DNA of 62,886 bases, filler included, from Kipferlia bialata (lineage: Eukaryota), in NCBI GenBank assembly GCA_003568945.1. It is 4 parts of 4 records of this genome, joined end to end, with 100 filler letters (N's around TTAATTAATTAA, not from the genome) between each part and the next. Parts side by side here need not be neighbours in the genome. Positions count along the whole stretch, not along the records: positions 1 to 22,857 come from BDIP01000015.1; 3 more parts are not named here. One strand, 5' to 3'. A program made the position numbers and the translations under genes. Below are positions 1-14,760 of this stretch, in pieces. Numbering within the stretch: the first letter of the stretch is position 1; every line of letters starts with the position of its first letter. Under the pieces are notes generated by a model that worked only from the letters and a program-made list of their open reading frames with translations, ran no database searches and was not told the DNA's origin.

Positions 1-8
1 GGGGGAGA

Positions 9-40
<32 letters not shown>

Positions 41-206
41 AGATACACCGGTATCAAAGGAGAGAAAGGATATTGTTGGAGATCGAGAGAGACAGCTAAA
101 CAGAGCCGTTGGAATTAGGAAGTGTAACCACTATGGGTACCAGTGGACAAATCAAGAGAAGGCAACACAAGGGTGGATTGACACAGATAACAATACCACA
201 TCGTAC

Positions 207-533
207 CTGTGTGTCCTCCACGTGCAAGGGATACACTGTCACCGGCCAGCTGGGTATGACATCCCCGGCATCCTTGACCTGGACAGACGGGAACACAACC
301 CCATCACCAACCACATCTTTAGGGGAGGGTGGAGGGGAGGCTGGAGGGCTAGGGGCAGCAGGGTGCATCGCCATATCATCTGGTGCCCGTATGATGCCAG
401 GTAGATGTGTCTGGCGGCGCTTCTGGCTCCAAAGAGGTGCGCTAGCAAGCTCTGGGGGCCCAGGGGACTGGGCAGCAGTCAGAAGGGCCAGCAGAAGCAG
501 AATGAGACACCACAGCACTAGAGATATGCGCAT
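207..533 (-). CDS. First exon of a putative secreted or membrane protein (runs off the window start)
   Basis: ORF begins MRISLVLWCLILLLLALLTAA (signal-peptide-like), followed by a Pro-rich stretch; donor CAG|GTACGA at 207/206. Confidence 0.5.
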
Positions 534-911
534 CTAGTGGTGGTATCGATGATGAGAGGCTAGGGGCCGCTTCTGCGGCCCATGCGCTGCGACTGCTCGG
601 CCCTGCATGAGGGCATTTGAGAGAGTGGAAAGATGGCCTCAATGACTCTTCTGGCCCAAGGCGTTTCAACGGTTGTTGACACTTGATCCTCATTGAGTCA
701 AGTTCTCTCTAATCATGTCGTAAATCACGATACTAGGCCTAGTATCATACTATTTGTGACCTGCAATTTTAACAGGGCCACAGTGAATCATTATGAGAGT
801 TAGTTTAGTCAGGTTAGATAGGTATTCCAATCCACACTCACTCAGACTTTTCCCCTTTCAGAGTTGTCTACCAATCAAACAGTAGATCTATATGGTCATC
901 TGGACCCATAT

Positions 912-1610
912 CTACTTCTTCCGCCCCTTTCCCTTGGCAGAGTCCTGTTGGCACCTCTGTCTCAGGCAGTCCTTCTCGACATCAATGAGATAGTACTCCT
1001 CGTGGCAGTACCTACAGTAAACATGGAAATAAGCATTATATAGTAGTATATATATACATTTATACCTAAAGAAGCAAGACATTATATATAATGATAATGA
1101 GAGAGCACTCCTCGTGGCAGTGCCTGGAGTGAGTAGGAGTAGTAAGCATGTATATACATACTCTTATACTAAAAGGAGCAAGACCCTATATACATATGCT
1201 ATTGAGATAGTACTCCTCGTGGCAGTACCTGTAGTGAGGCTGGTAAAGAGAGACGTGTAAAGCAGTAACACACAATGACATGTTACCATCGCATACATCC
1301 AATGGTGGATATAAACAAGTCTCTGCCACCGGGGCAGATTTATGGACCACATTAGATTACTAGGCCTAGTAAACATAATGTATCCATTATATATGCATAT
1401 ACCTTGGATGAATGATATCCATGTCCCTGAGGCATAGGTGCAACACCTACCATATACATGTGATATGAAATATACTACACAATACATCACTATATATATA
1501 TATACATACTTATATACATATATATATACCTTGGATGGTTGATGACCATGTCCTTGAGGCTGGTGGGTACACGACGCAGACCCGTCACAAGGATAGAGTC
1601 TGGATTCAGT

Positions 1611-1646
<36 letters not shown>

Positions 1647-4600
1647 TGTGTAGGTGTGGTTCAACTTCCATACGTATATAATTATGAAAGCACTAGTGGT
1701 ACCAAAAATTCCCTCGAATCGTACTAATCATACTCATCACGTAGAACATAAGTCATCTATATGGAAAATACACGTATACTACATTATACGTACCGTCAGA
1801 TAGCACACATGACGTGTATGTATCAAATGCGCTGTACTTGTATGGTCCTGTCAGACTCTCCACACCAGGCAGGGTACATAGGGTCTTGGTACGAGCGGAA
1901 CTGTTGTTGAGTGGCATACATACACAATAAACAGAGTGTATATGTACATGAGTCCATCACAATTCCGACTCAGTTCCAGTGGATGTCTTGTTCGGTAGCA
2001 TGAATATATTTGCGTAATAGAGGTGAGAAGTACAGCTGGATACCAAAACGGACCTCACTGCGTCATGCCCATACACATGGCCATCCTTGTCAATCATATA
2101 TGTATGTATATATATATATATATATATCTATATGCATACTATATAGTAATAGTATGAATATAAAATACACTACCTTATTGCGTCATGCCCATACACATGG
2201 CCATCCTTGTCGAAACACACAGACACACACATATTAATAACTATACATTATGAACAATGATGCACACTTCAATACACACCGTAGTATACTATATGTACCT
2301 GACTGCGTCATGCCCATACACCTGGCCATCCTTACACACACACACGCACGCACACACACACATATATATATAGAACCATACTATACACTATATACTACAT
2401 ACCTCACTGCGTCATGCCCATACACATGGCCATCCCTGTCAATCATATATATATAAATATATGTATATATATGTATGCATACTAAATAGTAATAGTATGA
2501 ATATAGAATACACTACCTTATGGCGTCATGCCCATACACATGGCCATCCTTGTCAATCATATATATATGTATATTTANNNNNNNNNNNNNNNNNNNNNNN
2601 NNNNNNNNNNNNNNNNNNNNNNNNNNNNNNNNNNNNNNNNNNTACTAAATAGTAATAGTATGAATATAAAATACACTACCTCACTGCGTCATGCCCACAC
2701 ACATGGCCATTCTTGTCGAAGCTGAGCGAGAGACCATCACCGACGTCCTGAGGGATTAGTTAATCATATACACACATACATACGTATATATAATATATAG
2801 TATATATAGAGAGAGAGTGATATACCTGCATTCCAATACACTCCTTCTCTGAGGCGTGTTGTGTCCACACACCCTCAGGATACGCAGCGCTAGGTGCGGT
2901 ATAGGAGAGGTGGATCTGCTCCTTGGTGTCCTCAGAGGAGGCAGTCAGGTACATGTCCCTTCTGGTTATATACATATCTATGTATGCATATACATATATA
3001 TACACATTGAATACCATTACAATACTATATATAAGGATCAGAGGAGGCAGTCAGATACATGTCCCTATTGGTTAGTATCTTTGTGTGTCTTATCCGGAGT
3101 ATAGTATATATATCCGATGCATGGTACTACTCCTTATTGTCCTGGGAAGGCAGTCACGTGCATATCTCTTGTGGTTAATGGGTAAGATGGTATATATCCC
3201 TAGGTTATGGAGATGGCCGAATTATGACGATCTCCACTATACAGAAAGATTATATGTAGCACAACACATGTAAAGATAGCATACTTGTATGGGACCATAC
3301 CCTCCAATAGTGTGGCAGCTTTATGGTGTGACAATGTAACTCCCAGTTTGTTTAGGATACGAGTGACACATATATAGAATGCAAATGTGAATGGTACTTA
3401 CCCCCCAACGGTGTGGCAGCGTAGCTCCCACTCAACCTCTAGTGAGAAGATTGGTGGTGAGGGTGCTCCTCTCTGGGATGAGAGGTGATTACACAAAGAG
3501 TCATTATACTGTAAATCTCTAGGAATGGAGGAGACATATATATATATATATATACACGCAGAATACTTACCGTCCACGTGTTTGTGTGTGTGTCTAATAT
3601 CCATGGATACACTACACCAGGGTCGTTGTTGGCACTGCTGCTACTGCTCTCCTCCATACCCACATCCCCTTCGGAACTCTCTGACTCATCTTCTGCCTCT
3701 CCATCTCCCTCTTCCTCTCCTTGTTCAGTGATCCTCTCAATAGGGTCGTGTGGTATATCTGGCTGTACCGCACAGACAAGCTAGAGTGAGTACATACGAG
3801 CACACAGTATACGTATGATTATAGACATATATATACATATATACATCTGACTGCGCGGCACAGACAAGCTGGAGTGAGATTGTCTAGGAAGTAAAATTAC
3901 AAACTCAATGAGTAAATAGTTGTCCAGAAGAGAGTATCATGTGTAGAACCAAAACATGGTGTCCCAGGTCTTCTCAGTAGGATACATAAACAAATATATG
4001 TATATTGCATATTTTTGTAATACACATACAGTATGTACCTTGTCCTCTCCCAGCCTATATCTAGTATCTATATATCAAAATATCTAAATATTTACATATA
4101 TATTAAAGTATGTCCTTGATATTATATATACATATGTAAATATATGTATATATATATTGTAGTAGTCCTCTCCCAGTCTGGCCAACGAGACTCGATAAAT
4201 GTAGGATACACATACAATACTAAGTATCATGTATTTATGTATGTTGTATATATGTATATGTTATGTATATATATACTATACCTTGTCCTCTCCCAGCCTA
4301 GCCACCGAGACGTCATAGATGAAGGATAGACATACAATACTGAGCATCATATATATACGTATATTATATATATATATGTTGAATACTATACCTTGTCCTC
4401 TCCCAGCCTAGCCATCGAGACGTCATAGATGAAGGGTCCCTAGGGTTAGTGTGAATGTCCTCATTCCTATATATATCTCAATATATACCGTGTATATGGA
4501 TATACATCACCTATACCGAGTTTGGAAGTGTCTCCAGTATCATGGTATCTACGCTCAGAACATAAATATACAGAGAGTAAATATAATATATAAAATATAC

Positions 4601-6197
4601 AATACAATGTAAACACAACCATGTATATCATGTCAAGAATACCTATCTCTCCTCTGTCAATGTCTCCCATGACATGGTATCTAGACTCATATGAAACATA
4701 TACTATGGTATATTTACCACACTGTATTTCTATGGCATAGAGTACCTCTCTCTCCTCTGTCAATGTCTCCTATGACATGGTGACCAGACTGAGTACATGC
4801 ACATACAGTGGTGAATAGATAGTAAAGCTCTATGTAACCTATATATATGTGATATGTATTACCTTTCCCTCTTCTGATACAATCTCCCATGTCATGGTAT
4901 CTAGGCTCAGGACATGCATCTTCAGAGGGTATGCCTCAGACCGGCAGATGTAGACCTGGGATCAATCCTATATATATATATTCCTCTATACTTGTATGCA
5001 CACACACACACATATATATATATATGTTGTATACAAGTGAAGACTCAGTGTAAATTCTCTATATATAGAGGATAGGTCTCAGGCCGGCAGATGTACACCT
5101 GGGTGAGACAATGCCACAGTAATTATCTATATAATATGAGACAGTGATTAGACTAAAAGCGATAAAGTATTTGTTCACTGTCAACATATACTTACCTTCC
5201 CATTGATACACACTGGGTCTGACCCCATGTATGGAGTCTGACCGTCGGCTGTTCTGAATCCCCCTCCCGCTACTCTCTCTCTCTCTCCTCTCTCTATCTC
5301 CTCTGCTTCCTCTCCCAGCTCTGGCTTGGTACTATCTACCTCAGACAGGGAGAGTGAGAGTGTATCTGTAACCGTTGCCTCCGTCACAGAGTATGACGCA
5401 GGACCGGTGCTTGTCACAAGCAGCACGCGGTTGGGACCTGCCGTGTTAGGTAAGAAGCATGTATTGAAGTATGTATGCCTGCATGAGTGATACACACCGT
5501 ATACACTGTGACCGTTCTGTCATTCACACGGTAACTCACGTATATGTGTACCTACTTGAACGGCCCTGAATCCCAAGTAGAACCGTGTGGGGAGGGGCAG
5601 GCGCTGAACCTGTGTCAAGAATAGTGAAATGTACAAAAGATGTATGTAAAAGTGAGTATCAGTATAGAAGTACAACTTCACGAGTATCATTGGGGATAAT
5701 GTGTACGCAAGTACATGTAGGCTGGATAGAGTCTAAAAACCCGTTAAGGCACCCTGAGTGGAAGCGTAACTATATAAGTACATACAAGTATGTATATATG
5801 TAGAAATTCAAGTATATATGTAGACATACAAGAATAAATATAGATTTTTGAATAGATATATACTAAAATGTATACGTACCCTGAGTGGAGACGCCGCAGA
5901 CTCGAACGCCCCTGTCTCATGCAGGGCGAGGAATGTTGGGATGGCATTCGTCAGAAAGTACTCCTGAGATGATAAGAGAGACAGACGGAGAGAGAGTATG
6001 TGAAACTGTTATTCAGATCAGAAGGTAAATACTCCATATACATATATAAGGTTCGTACCGGTCCGAACTTGCTAGGGTCCTCCCCTTCCATACTGTCCCC
6101 ACACTCTTTGTAGCACAGGGTGAGTGTGTCTATTACACACTGGGGGACGCCCTTGGAGACAGGGCCAGACAGACCTGGGATGGGTAATATATATATG

Positions 6198-6231
<34 letters not shown>

Positions 6232-9200
6232 TCCACTGGGGGACGCCCTTGGAGACAGGGCCTGAGAGGCCTGGGGTATGTCTACAATCACAAAATATGT
6301 GCTGGGTATTGAAGTACCATGCTCTTATTACATCGACAGAGAGGAAAGTAATATGGCAAGTATACTCAACCACAAGCCCAAAAACGCCTGGGGTAGTATA
6401 TGTATACAATACCACAAACTACTTGTCTGAGAGACGCCTATACGTCTATACACTAATAACGAATTACTATATACATATAGAGGCATACATGGGAATTCAC
6501 GTATGGCTCCTCGCTTGAGAGTCCCGTCCTTGGCCAGATAGTGATGGGCCAGGCAGAAACAGGTGCCATTATAGAGCTGAGGTCAACATATATATATACT
6601 ATATGAAATATGAAATATGAAGTCTAATAGCTAAGAAGAATGTGTATACATACTATTGTATAGTCCTATATAGAGTTCCAGACAGTATATCCAGGTATAC
6701 ATTCTTAGGTAGATACTATGTGAAATCTTATAAATACACATAATACATACATACTATTGTATTGTTCTGTATAGAGTTCCAGGGCAGGCAGAAACTGGTT
6801 CTGATGCATCACTTTGCAATGCCTCCTGTATATACATATAAATGTGAATATCTACTGTTATGAGTCATCCCAATGGCCATGGTGGGTACCACTAACACCA
6901 TTCATACCACATATATACTAATACATATACCGCTTTTATCCTTATTCTCCTCTACACAAAGTTGTGTGAATCTACCTCCTGTTTTGAAAGCTCCCAGTGG
7001 CCAGGCCTTGTACTGGACCGAGGGTGGAAGGGGACGACAAGACTAGCAAAGAGACCCTAGAAGGTGAGTATATACGAATAGGGGTATATATATGTATACA
7101 AGACTAGCAAAGAGGCCCTAGCAGGTCAGAATACAAAGTAGGGTACATATATAGATAGAGAGAGAGAGAGAGAGAGGTAGGGGACGACAAGACTCGCAAA
7201 GAGGTCCTGGCATGTGAGTATGCGAATAGTATAGAAGACAAATAGATCAATATAGATAATTATTTGGTATTTGGACTATAGGATATATATACCTCTGTGG
7301 CGATCTTGAAAGACGTGTCTGGTGTTGTCTATAGTAGTATATATGTATACAAATTAGTATTCATACCTCTGTGGCTATCTTGAATGGCGTCCACCAGGGC
7401 TTATCCCCAAGGTTAGAGATACCCTGTGCTAATAGCTCGGCTAAGACAGGGCCGTTGACAACCATATCGTAATTCCTGTTTGTTAAGGGTATATGGAGGG
7501 AGAGAGAGGGGTGAGGGACTGTGCTAATAGACCGGCTAGGACAGGGCCGTTGATAGACTATATCGTAATTCCTTTGAGTTAAGGGTATAAAAAGAGAGAG
7601 CGAGAGTCTTTACCTGGCCGGGTCCAGCACATACTCGAATATGGGGTGTCTGATCACGGCCTGTTTCTCATCATCAGCAGAGTCGGCCAAAGCAGTGATG
7701 ATGTCCTATTGATAAGAGAGAGAAATAGATACAATATACGGAGAGAGAAAGAGAGAATTGTAAGGAGTAACCTGTTGGGATGGAGACATAACAACAAATC
7801 ACGTACCGATAGAAATAGGATATGTCTGCATACACATATATATATATGCATGATAATTAACAGTATGTCTTGGTATACCGTACCGTTGGTTGTAACCGTC
7901 TTGTTCTCTCCTCCCTCTCTCCCTCTGTCTCTTCATCTCCTGGTTTCTCTCTCTCCCTCTCTTCCAGACCTTCTATTGCCTCCACGATATTGATTAAGGG
8001 TCCAGGAGGAGCAATGGATTTCTCTATTGCCTCCAGTAGTGAGTGGAACGCTGTGAGATTCTCCTCAGACTTGAAGAAATGGCGTCTCCTGGGATGAGGT
8101 ATATATATATATATATATACAATCTCCTCAGACTTGAAGAAATGCCGTTTCCTGGGATGAGGTACATAAAATTATATATATGTATATGTATATATACACA
8201 AATACATAGATATATACTAGTAGATAAACAGATGATATATACATACTAGGGTACACACACATACTAGTAGATATATAGATGTCGCTTCTTCTTTAGATAT
8301 CTTACACAAAGTGAAGTAAATGAATACCTAAAAGTCACAACGCCCCAGAGATTCATGTCTACAATATATATGTGTATATAGTGAGAGGGTACAATGTAGT
8401 GTTAATGTATATGATGCTAATATGTAATTGAAAAATCGTATAGACTGCACGTACTCTCTGTCTGTCTCTGTTTGGATGCAGGAATAGGTGATACAGGCCT
8501 GAGAGTCAAAGCAGTGAATATGGATACAAGCTGACTCACTTAGAGACGTATGAGGAGAGATGAAATGCGAATCTTCAATCACACTCTAGTCCCATGTCGA
8601 GATCATATATAGTTCAGTACTACAATTCGAAGAGTGATCTCATGTCAATGTGTATGCGGCGTCTCTCACCTGTCTCTATATATATACCTATATATATCTA
8701 TATATCTATATGTATATACATATTTACACATCACCTGAATGCACTGTACATGCCTGTCACTCCGGGACTGCCCACTGACTCTGGGGTCAGTTTTGTAACA
8801 CTGATACTACGGATATTTGGATATTTTACACTATACATAATATATTAGACATTATATACATATATATATATATACCTCTCAAGATACTTGGTCAAGTGGT
8901 CCACCACTTCTAGCTGGTATGGCACATATGCACGGACATATCTTGCATCAGGCCCATCTCTCTCTCTCTCTCTCGCCCTCTCCATCTCAGGCAGTAACTC
9001 GCCTGGAGTTAGATATGTGCAAAGAGAGAGAGGGAGAGAGGGAGAGAGGGAGAGAGAGAGAAAAAGAGAGAGGGAGAGAGAGAGAGAGGCTCTCCATCTC
9101 AGGGAGCAACACCCCTGGAGTTAGATACATGCAAAGAGAGAGAGGGAGGGAGAGAGATAGAGAAAGAGAGAGAGTGGCTCTAGTGAGGCATCGGACATCG

Positions 9201-10486
9201 CACTGTAATACGTATAGGAATGAAGGGTAAGTGTCATACAATGTATGTATGATACATACACATGTGAACAACACTATTACCTAGATCCAGGACTGCCCTC
9301 TCTGACACAGCCACGTCACACATAGAAAATATATATATATATGTATCTATACATATACATACTAAGAAATATCTATATATACCATTACCTAGCTCCAGTA
9401 CTGCCCCCTCTGCCACAGCCATGTCCTCTATATTATATATATACACTAAGACTTTACTATATATAGTGCATATATACTACATAATATTAAGAAGTATAAT
9501 ACTTCCTCATACCTAGCTCCAGGACTGCCCTCTCTGCCACACCCATGTCATACTCCCCTCCCTCAACCTCTCTGTCTTCCTCTGTCTGAAGAGTGGACAC
9601 AAGAGCATGCACCCTAGTGATAAGTGCAATACGTAGTATAAGAGTATGGTATATAATACAATAGTATACAGTATTACATAGTTATATCTTCCTCTGTCTG
9701 AAGGGTGGACACAAGGGCATGAACCATTGTCGTGAGTGTAAGAGAAGGAACAAGCCTGAAGAGTTTTCGCAGTGTCTCTAAAGAATCTCATAAATATGAA
9801 CTGAAGAGTGGACACAAGAGCATGCTCCCTAGTAAGTGCAATACATAGTATAAGAGTATGGTATACTATAATAGTATATATACAGTATCATATGATATAT
9901 CTCCCTCTGTCTGAAGAGTAGACACAAGAGCACGAACCCTAGGGGACAATTATAACAAGTATGGAAATGTACTGATTGTATCAACAATATCAGGCCCGGG
10001 GCGGGGCGTGGGAGGGGGGGGGACACACACGACATACCTCTGTGTCAAGGTCCTGAAAGACACATCGGGATCGGCTGAGTGAGAGGGAATGGAGTATATG
10101 CAAATGGGTATACCTTACATCCCAGTATATAGTAGAACTGAAAGGAAGGGAGAGACACACAGTACTCATGTATACTCTGTAAAAGGGGGAGGGGTTATAC
10201 AGGTTCCTGTGGCAGGAAAGGAGAGAGTGAGACACACACTCAAAGGAGACAGATGTGTGTTTGGGGGGTAAGGGGGGGGGGGGTATACACACACACAGAG
10301 AGACATACATGTATACATACCTGGTCTCCTGATGTCAGGCTCAGGCACAGGGCCCGGTTCTTCTGAGTGTCAGAAGAACAAATCAGTACCAAGTCATATT
10401 CATACATGTGCAAGAGACAATACTTCTATATGATAACTCAATACCAAGTATATAAACACTTAATATACTGCACAACACTCACCCAT
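912..10486 (-). CDS. Large multi-exon hypothetical protein, possibly with degenerate Kelch-like segments
   Basis: Many GC-richer exons bounded by GT..CTMACCCYAG, e.g. RHFFKSEENLTAFHSLLE, DIITALADSADDEKQAVIRHPIFEYVLDPAR, NYDMVVNGPVLAELLAQGISNLGDKPWWTPF, LKMHVLSLDTMTWEIV. Last exon ...DSAKGKGRKK* with stop at 912-914. Start ATG G|AA at 10486 is tentative; could be more than one gene. Confidence 0.55.
2054..2720 (-). repeat. Array of six copies of an exon 3' end plus donor site
   Basis: GCGTCATGCCCAYACACATGGCCAT core at about 2060, 2180, 2305, 2409, 2523 and 2686; only the last belongs to a complete exon. Confidence 0.9.
2578..2642. other. Assembly gap inside an exon-echo repeat array
   Basis: 65 Ns flanked by near-identical repeat units. 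Confidence 0.95.
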
Positions 10487-10871
10487 TAGTGACTGGGAGT
10501 AATGCCTTGGGTAGAGAACACAATCTACTCTTCAGAAAGATGAGCACAGTGATTGAAACGCCAGACGCTTATAGCGAACTTGGTGGTATATGTAGACTCA
10601 TCTCTGACCCAGAGTCTGTGAATATGACAGATATAATACTAAAGCTCCAATCATCCGTCTCAATTACCATCATGACGAGAGACCACCGAAATTCATATTC
10701 TATTCACGACTATGGTCACAAATGCAAACCAGGGAGAAGATCACATGCTCCTCAAGCTCTCTCTCCCCCTCTCCCTATGGCTCAGAGAACTTAGAGATCA
10801 CCCTCCAGCTCAGCCACCCTGGCCTCCAGCTCTCTCTCTCTCTCTCTCTTTCTGAGTGTATAGTATCCCTC

Positions 10872-13800
10872 TTACAGATCTCCCTCCAACTCAGCCACTC
10901 TAGCCTCTGCCTGCTCCACAAGGGACTCCAGCTGGGTGAGCTTGGCCCTCATGGCAGCTGGTCTGCGGTTAGATAGTAATACATATATATACATATACTA
11001 GGAAGAGAGGGACAGAGAAAATGGGTTAGATATAGAGACACACGCATAAATATATAGGAGAGAGAGAGAGAGAGAGATCCATCAGATGGGAGACAGCTGG
11101 CCTAGAGTTAGATCTACACAGTATAGGGTATAGCGTACCCACAACGTACATATATCATATATATATATATATATATATACTTATCATATATATACATTCA
11201 CTCACCTAGACCCAGGTGGCCACTCCTCGGGCATGCCGTCGGGACCCATCCTAGAGTGAGATATCTATATACATATATAGTCTGTATACATATATAGTAA
11301 TTACTATATACAGAGAGGGGGGGGGGGAGCAAAGATTTGCGATCACACAGAAGTAGTATGTATATATATATATTACACCACAGTACATATCCATGTGGTC
11401 AGGAATACTCATGTAATAGGCCTAGTAGTACCTGATTCCGAAGTCGTCTGCGTCTCCGTCCACTGCCTCAGACACATCAACAACCTGGGGGTTAGACACA
11501 TATCTACATAGAGGAAGAGAGAGAGATGGAGAGAGACAAAGACAAGTCTCCGTCCCCAGTATCAATTCCCCCAACAAGCAGGGAGTGAGGGGGAAATGTG
11601 AACACATATAGGTGTCCAGCCTCCTCAAACAACAATGCCCCAAAACAGAGACATACTATGAGACATACTATATACATAAATGAATAGATATATATATATG
11701 CATACCTTCTGAGCCTCTGCCAGCCTCTCCACTCTCCTCTCCTCCACCATCTCACCAAGCACCCAGTCCTGGGTGTCAGTGACAGTATATAAGAATCTAA
11801 GATATTCAAGAAGATACAGTCAGGTACCAAGCTCACCAAGCACCCAGTCCTGGGGGTAAGTATATATGACAATGAAAGTATACTCTATTCTACTAGTTCT
11901 TCCATTCAAACAGATATAGAGAATAGTGATAAATGAATGTAGATACACCAACAGTATACCTGCAGAGCAATGATGTCCTCTGTCTGCTCCCCTATGCATG
12001 TCACCACTCCATCCTCAAACAGACACAGCCTGCGGCCCTGGGAGGGGACCCTAGGGTCACAATCGAGTAGAAACATGCAGGCAATTTTATAGAGTATCTA
12101 CAACTTCTTCACCTAAAGCCAGCCCAGATGAGGTTGCTATATAGTAATTCATGTTATATACCTAAAGGCGGCGCAGAATGATCTTGTGTCGAGGTTTCAG
12201 TCTGTAACGTATAGACAAAGAATACGCATACATATATATGCAATACCTGAATGCGGCGCAGAATGAGCGTGTGTCGAGGTCCTTGTCACACTGGAGAGAG
12301 TACCCCAGGGTGTTGTCGACAAGGTTGGAGGCAACCTTGGAGGCGTTGATGTCAAACTGGGGTTAGTATATACATGGGTATATATGGAGGGATAGATAGA
12401 GAGAGAGAGAGGGAGAGAGAGAGTTGTCAACCAGGGTGGAGGCAACCTTGGAGGCGTTCATATCAAACTGATATTAGAATATACATATATGAGTATTTAT
12501 ACACAAGAAAAGAGAGAGAGATAGACTCACAGAAACACTGTATATATCCTATGTACACCACCTGCTTGCAGTCTGGGCACATATAGCACAATCTAACAGA
12601 TACATATATATAAATATATCACAACTGGTGTACCTGCTTGCAGTCTGGGCATGATATGGACAGGAGGACAGGGAGCTGCTCGGTCTGAAGGTGAGAGAGT
12701 GCTGACTACAAAAATCTATATTCATACACCATCATACATACTGATATCATATCATACACAATATGTATATGTATACTCTTTATCACCATATCATTACATA
12801 TTCATTCCTATACTATGGTTCATCCTAACCTGAGCAGCGTCGACCATGTCCTCCTCATTGGTGAACCTAGTCATATTTATATGTATACCATATATATACA
12901 CTATATATACACATACACACACATATATATATAATGCACTAACCTGAGCTGCATCCACCATGTCCTCCTCATTGGTGAACCAAGTTATATATACTACATA
13001 TACACTGATTTAATGTATATATACATACCTTTATGTATAAGAATGTCTATATATATATATATATATATACCTGAGCAGCATCCACCATGTCCTCCTCATT
13101 GGTGAATCTGGGCAGGATACCCTTGACAGGCACCACAAACTTGGCCTGATATAAGGGGCTAGAGGGAGGGAGAGAGTGGGTCATACCTCCAGATATGCCT
13201 CGAACGCCAGTGGTATATATGTATGGATATAGATACATACAGCTAGATACAAATATGTGAAAATGACATACGTATAAAGAAACACACACCTCCAGGTATG
13301 CCTCGACCACCAGTGGCATATACTGATAGAAAGATATACATTTGATATTCATAAGATGTATATACATATATATACCTCCAGGTATGCCTCGACCCCCAAT
13401 AATAAGTATAGATAGATATAAGACATATTTTAATTAATATACATATGTATACACACCTCCAGGTATGCCTCGACCACCTCGGGAGACCACTCGTAGGGCA
13501 TGACCTCAACCTGGGGTCAGGGATACATTCACACTCACACATACACACATGTGAATATGATATATTTATACCTTAGGCTCGTTATCCACTCCCACAAACA
13601 GCATGGGCAGCTGGGGCATGTTGGAGACACTCCGTATAGTAATTAGAGTATATAAATATGTGTGTATGAGTGTAAGAAGCTACCTTTGGCTCATTATCAA
13701 CTCCCACAAACAGCATGGGCAGCTGGGGCATGTTGGAGACATAGGGCACATTCTCAGGGTCATTGACATCGACAGAGAAGAAGGCACAGCCAGTGACCTG

Positions 13801-14368
13801 GAATAAGGGTCTAGATGGGGGGAGAGAGAGAGAGTCATTGACATCGACAGAGAAGAAGGAGAGAGAAGGAGAGCGAGAGGATCTGGAAAGAAAGTACAGC
13901 CTGTAACTTGAGATAAGGTCTGGGGAGAGAATCATAGAGAGAGAGGGAGAGAGAGAGAGAGAGAGAGAGTCAGTTATATATTCCAATATCTAACTACTTC
14001 CAATATACTATGTACATGTATAATAGTCTAACTTAGTCCACAGTGGCTCCATCTCCTCCATGAGTGCCAGTGTCATATATGTATATAATAGTAGATATTA
14101 CTAGACATACATATACATACTAAATATACGTATGCATACTATATACACACCTTAGTCCAGAGTGGCTCCATCTCCTCCATGAGTGTCAGTTCCATATATA
14201 CATATATTTATAAACATACAGTGAAATGACCACTATATTACACAAAAGAGTGCAAGACTATCTATCAGTACACATACAATATATACATACCTTAGTCCAC
14301 AGTGGCTCCATCTCCTCCATGAGTGCCAGTGCCTCGGGCTGGAGGGTGGCATCATAGACCATCACGAC
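10872..14368 (-). CDS. Thioredoxin-fold (PDI-like) protein, 5' part missing
   Basis: Phase-consistent exons: VVMVYDATLQPEALALMEEMEPLWTK / VTGCAFFSVDVNDPENVPYVSNMPQLPMLFVG / TEQLPVLLSISCPDCKQ (CxxC) / FDINASKVASNLVDNTLGYSLQCDKD. Coiled-coil C-terminus ...ARVAELEGDL*. Confidence 0.6.
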
Positions 14369-14623
14369 CTAGGGATAAGATATACACACATATATATATA
14401 CATGAAACAAAGAGAGAGAGAGAGAGAGAGAGAGACTTGGGCTGGAGGGTGGCGTCATACACCATGACGACCTGAGTGTTGGATGAATATAGTGGAGAGA
14501 GAGAGGGGGAGAGAGACTAAGGGTGCATCATATCTGGTAAGAGAGAGAAAAGAGAAAAGAAGAAGGGGGGGGGGGGGGGGGGGGGAGAGGGGGGAGAAAA
14601 AAAAAAAAATAATGAAAAAGAAA

Positions 14624-14654
<31 letters not shown>

Positions 14655-14760
14655 GATTATGGAGAGGGAGATACTGATACTGATACCGATACTGATGTTT
14701 AGAGTTATATCACGAGTCATCATCATGAGTGTATATACAACACGTACAGTAGGCCTATAC

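Noticed and set aside
1164..1664. ORFs rich in YIYI, SLSL, ERER or THTH throughout the ORF track
   Set aside because: Translations of intronic microsatellites.
2054..2720. CRISPR-like repeat-spacer appearance of echo arrays
   Set aside because: The repeats are exon fragments with donor sites, the spacers are irregular low-complexity intron, the context is eukaryotic and there are no cas genes.
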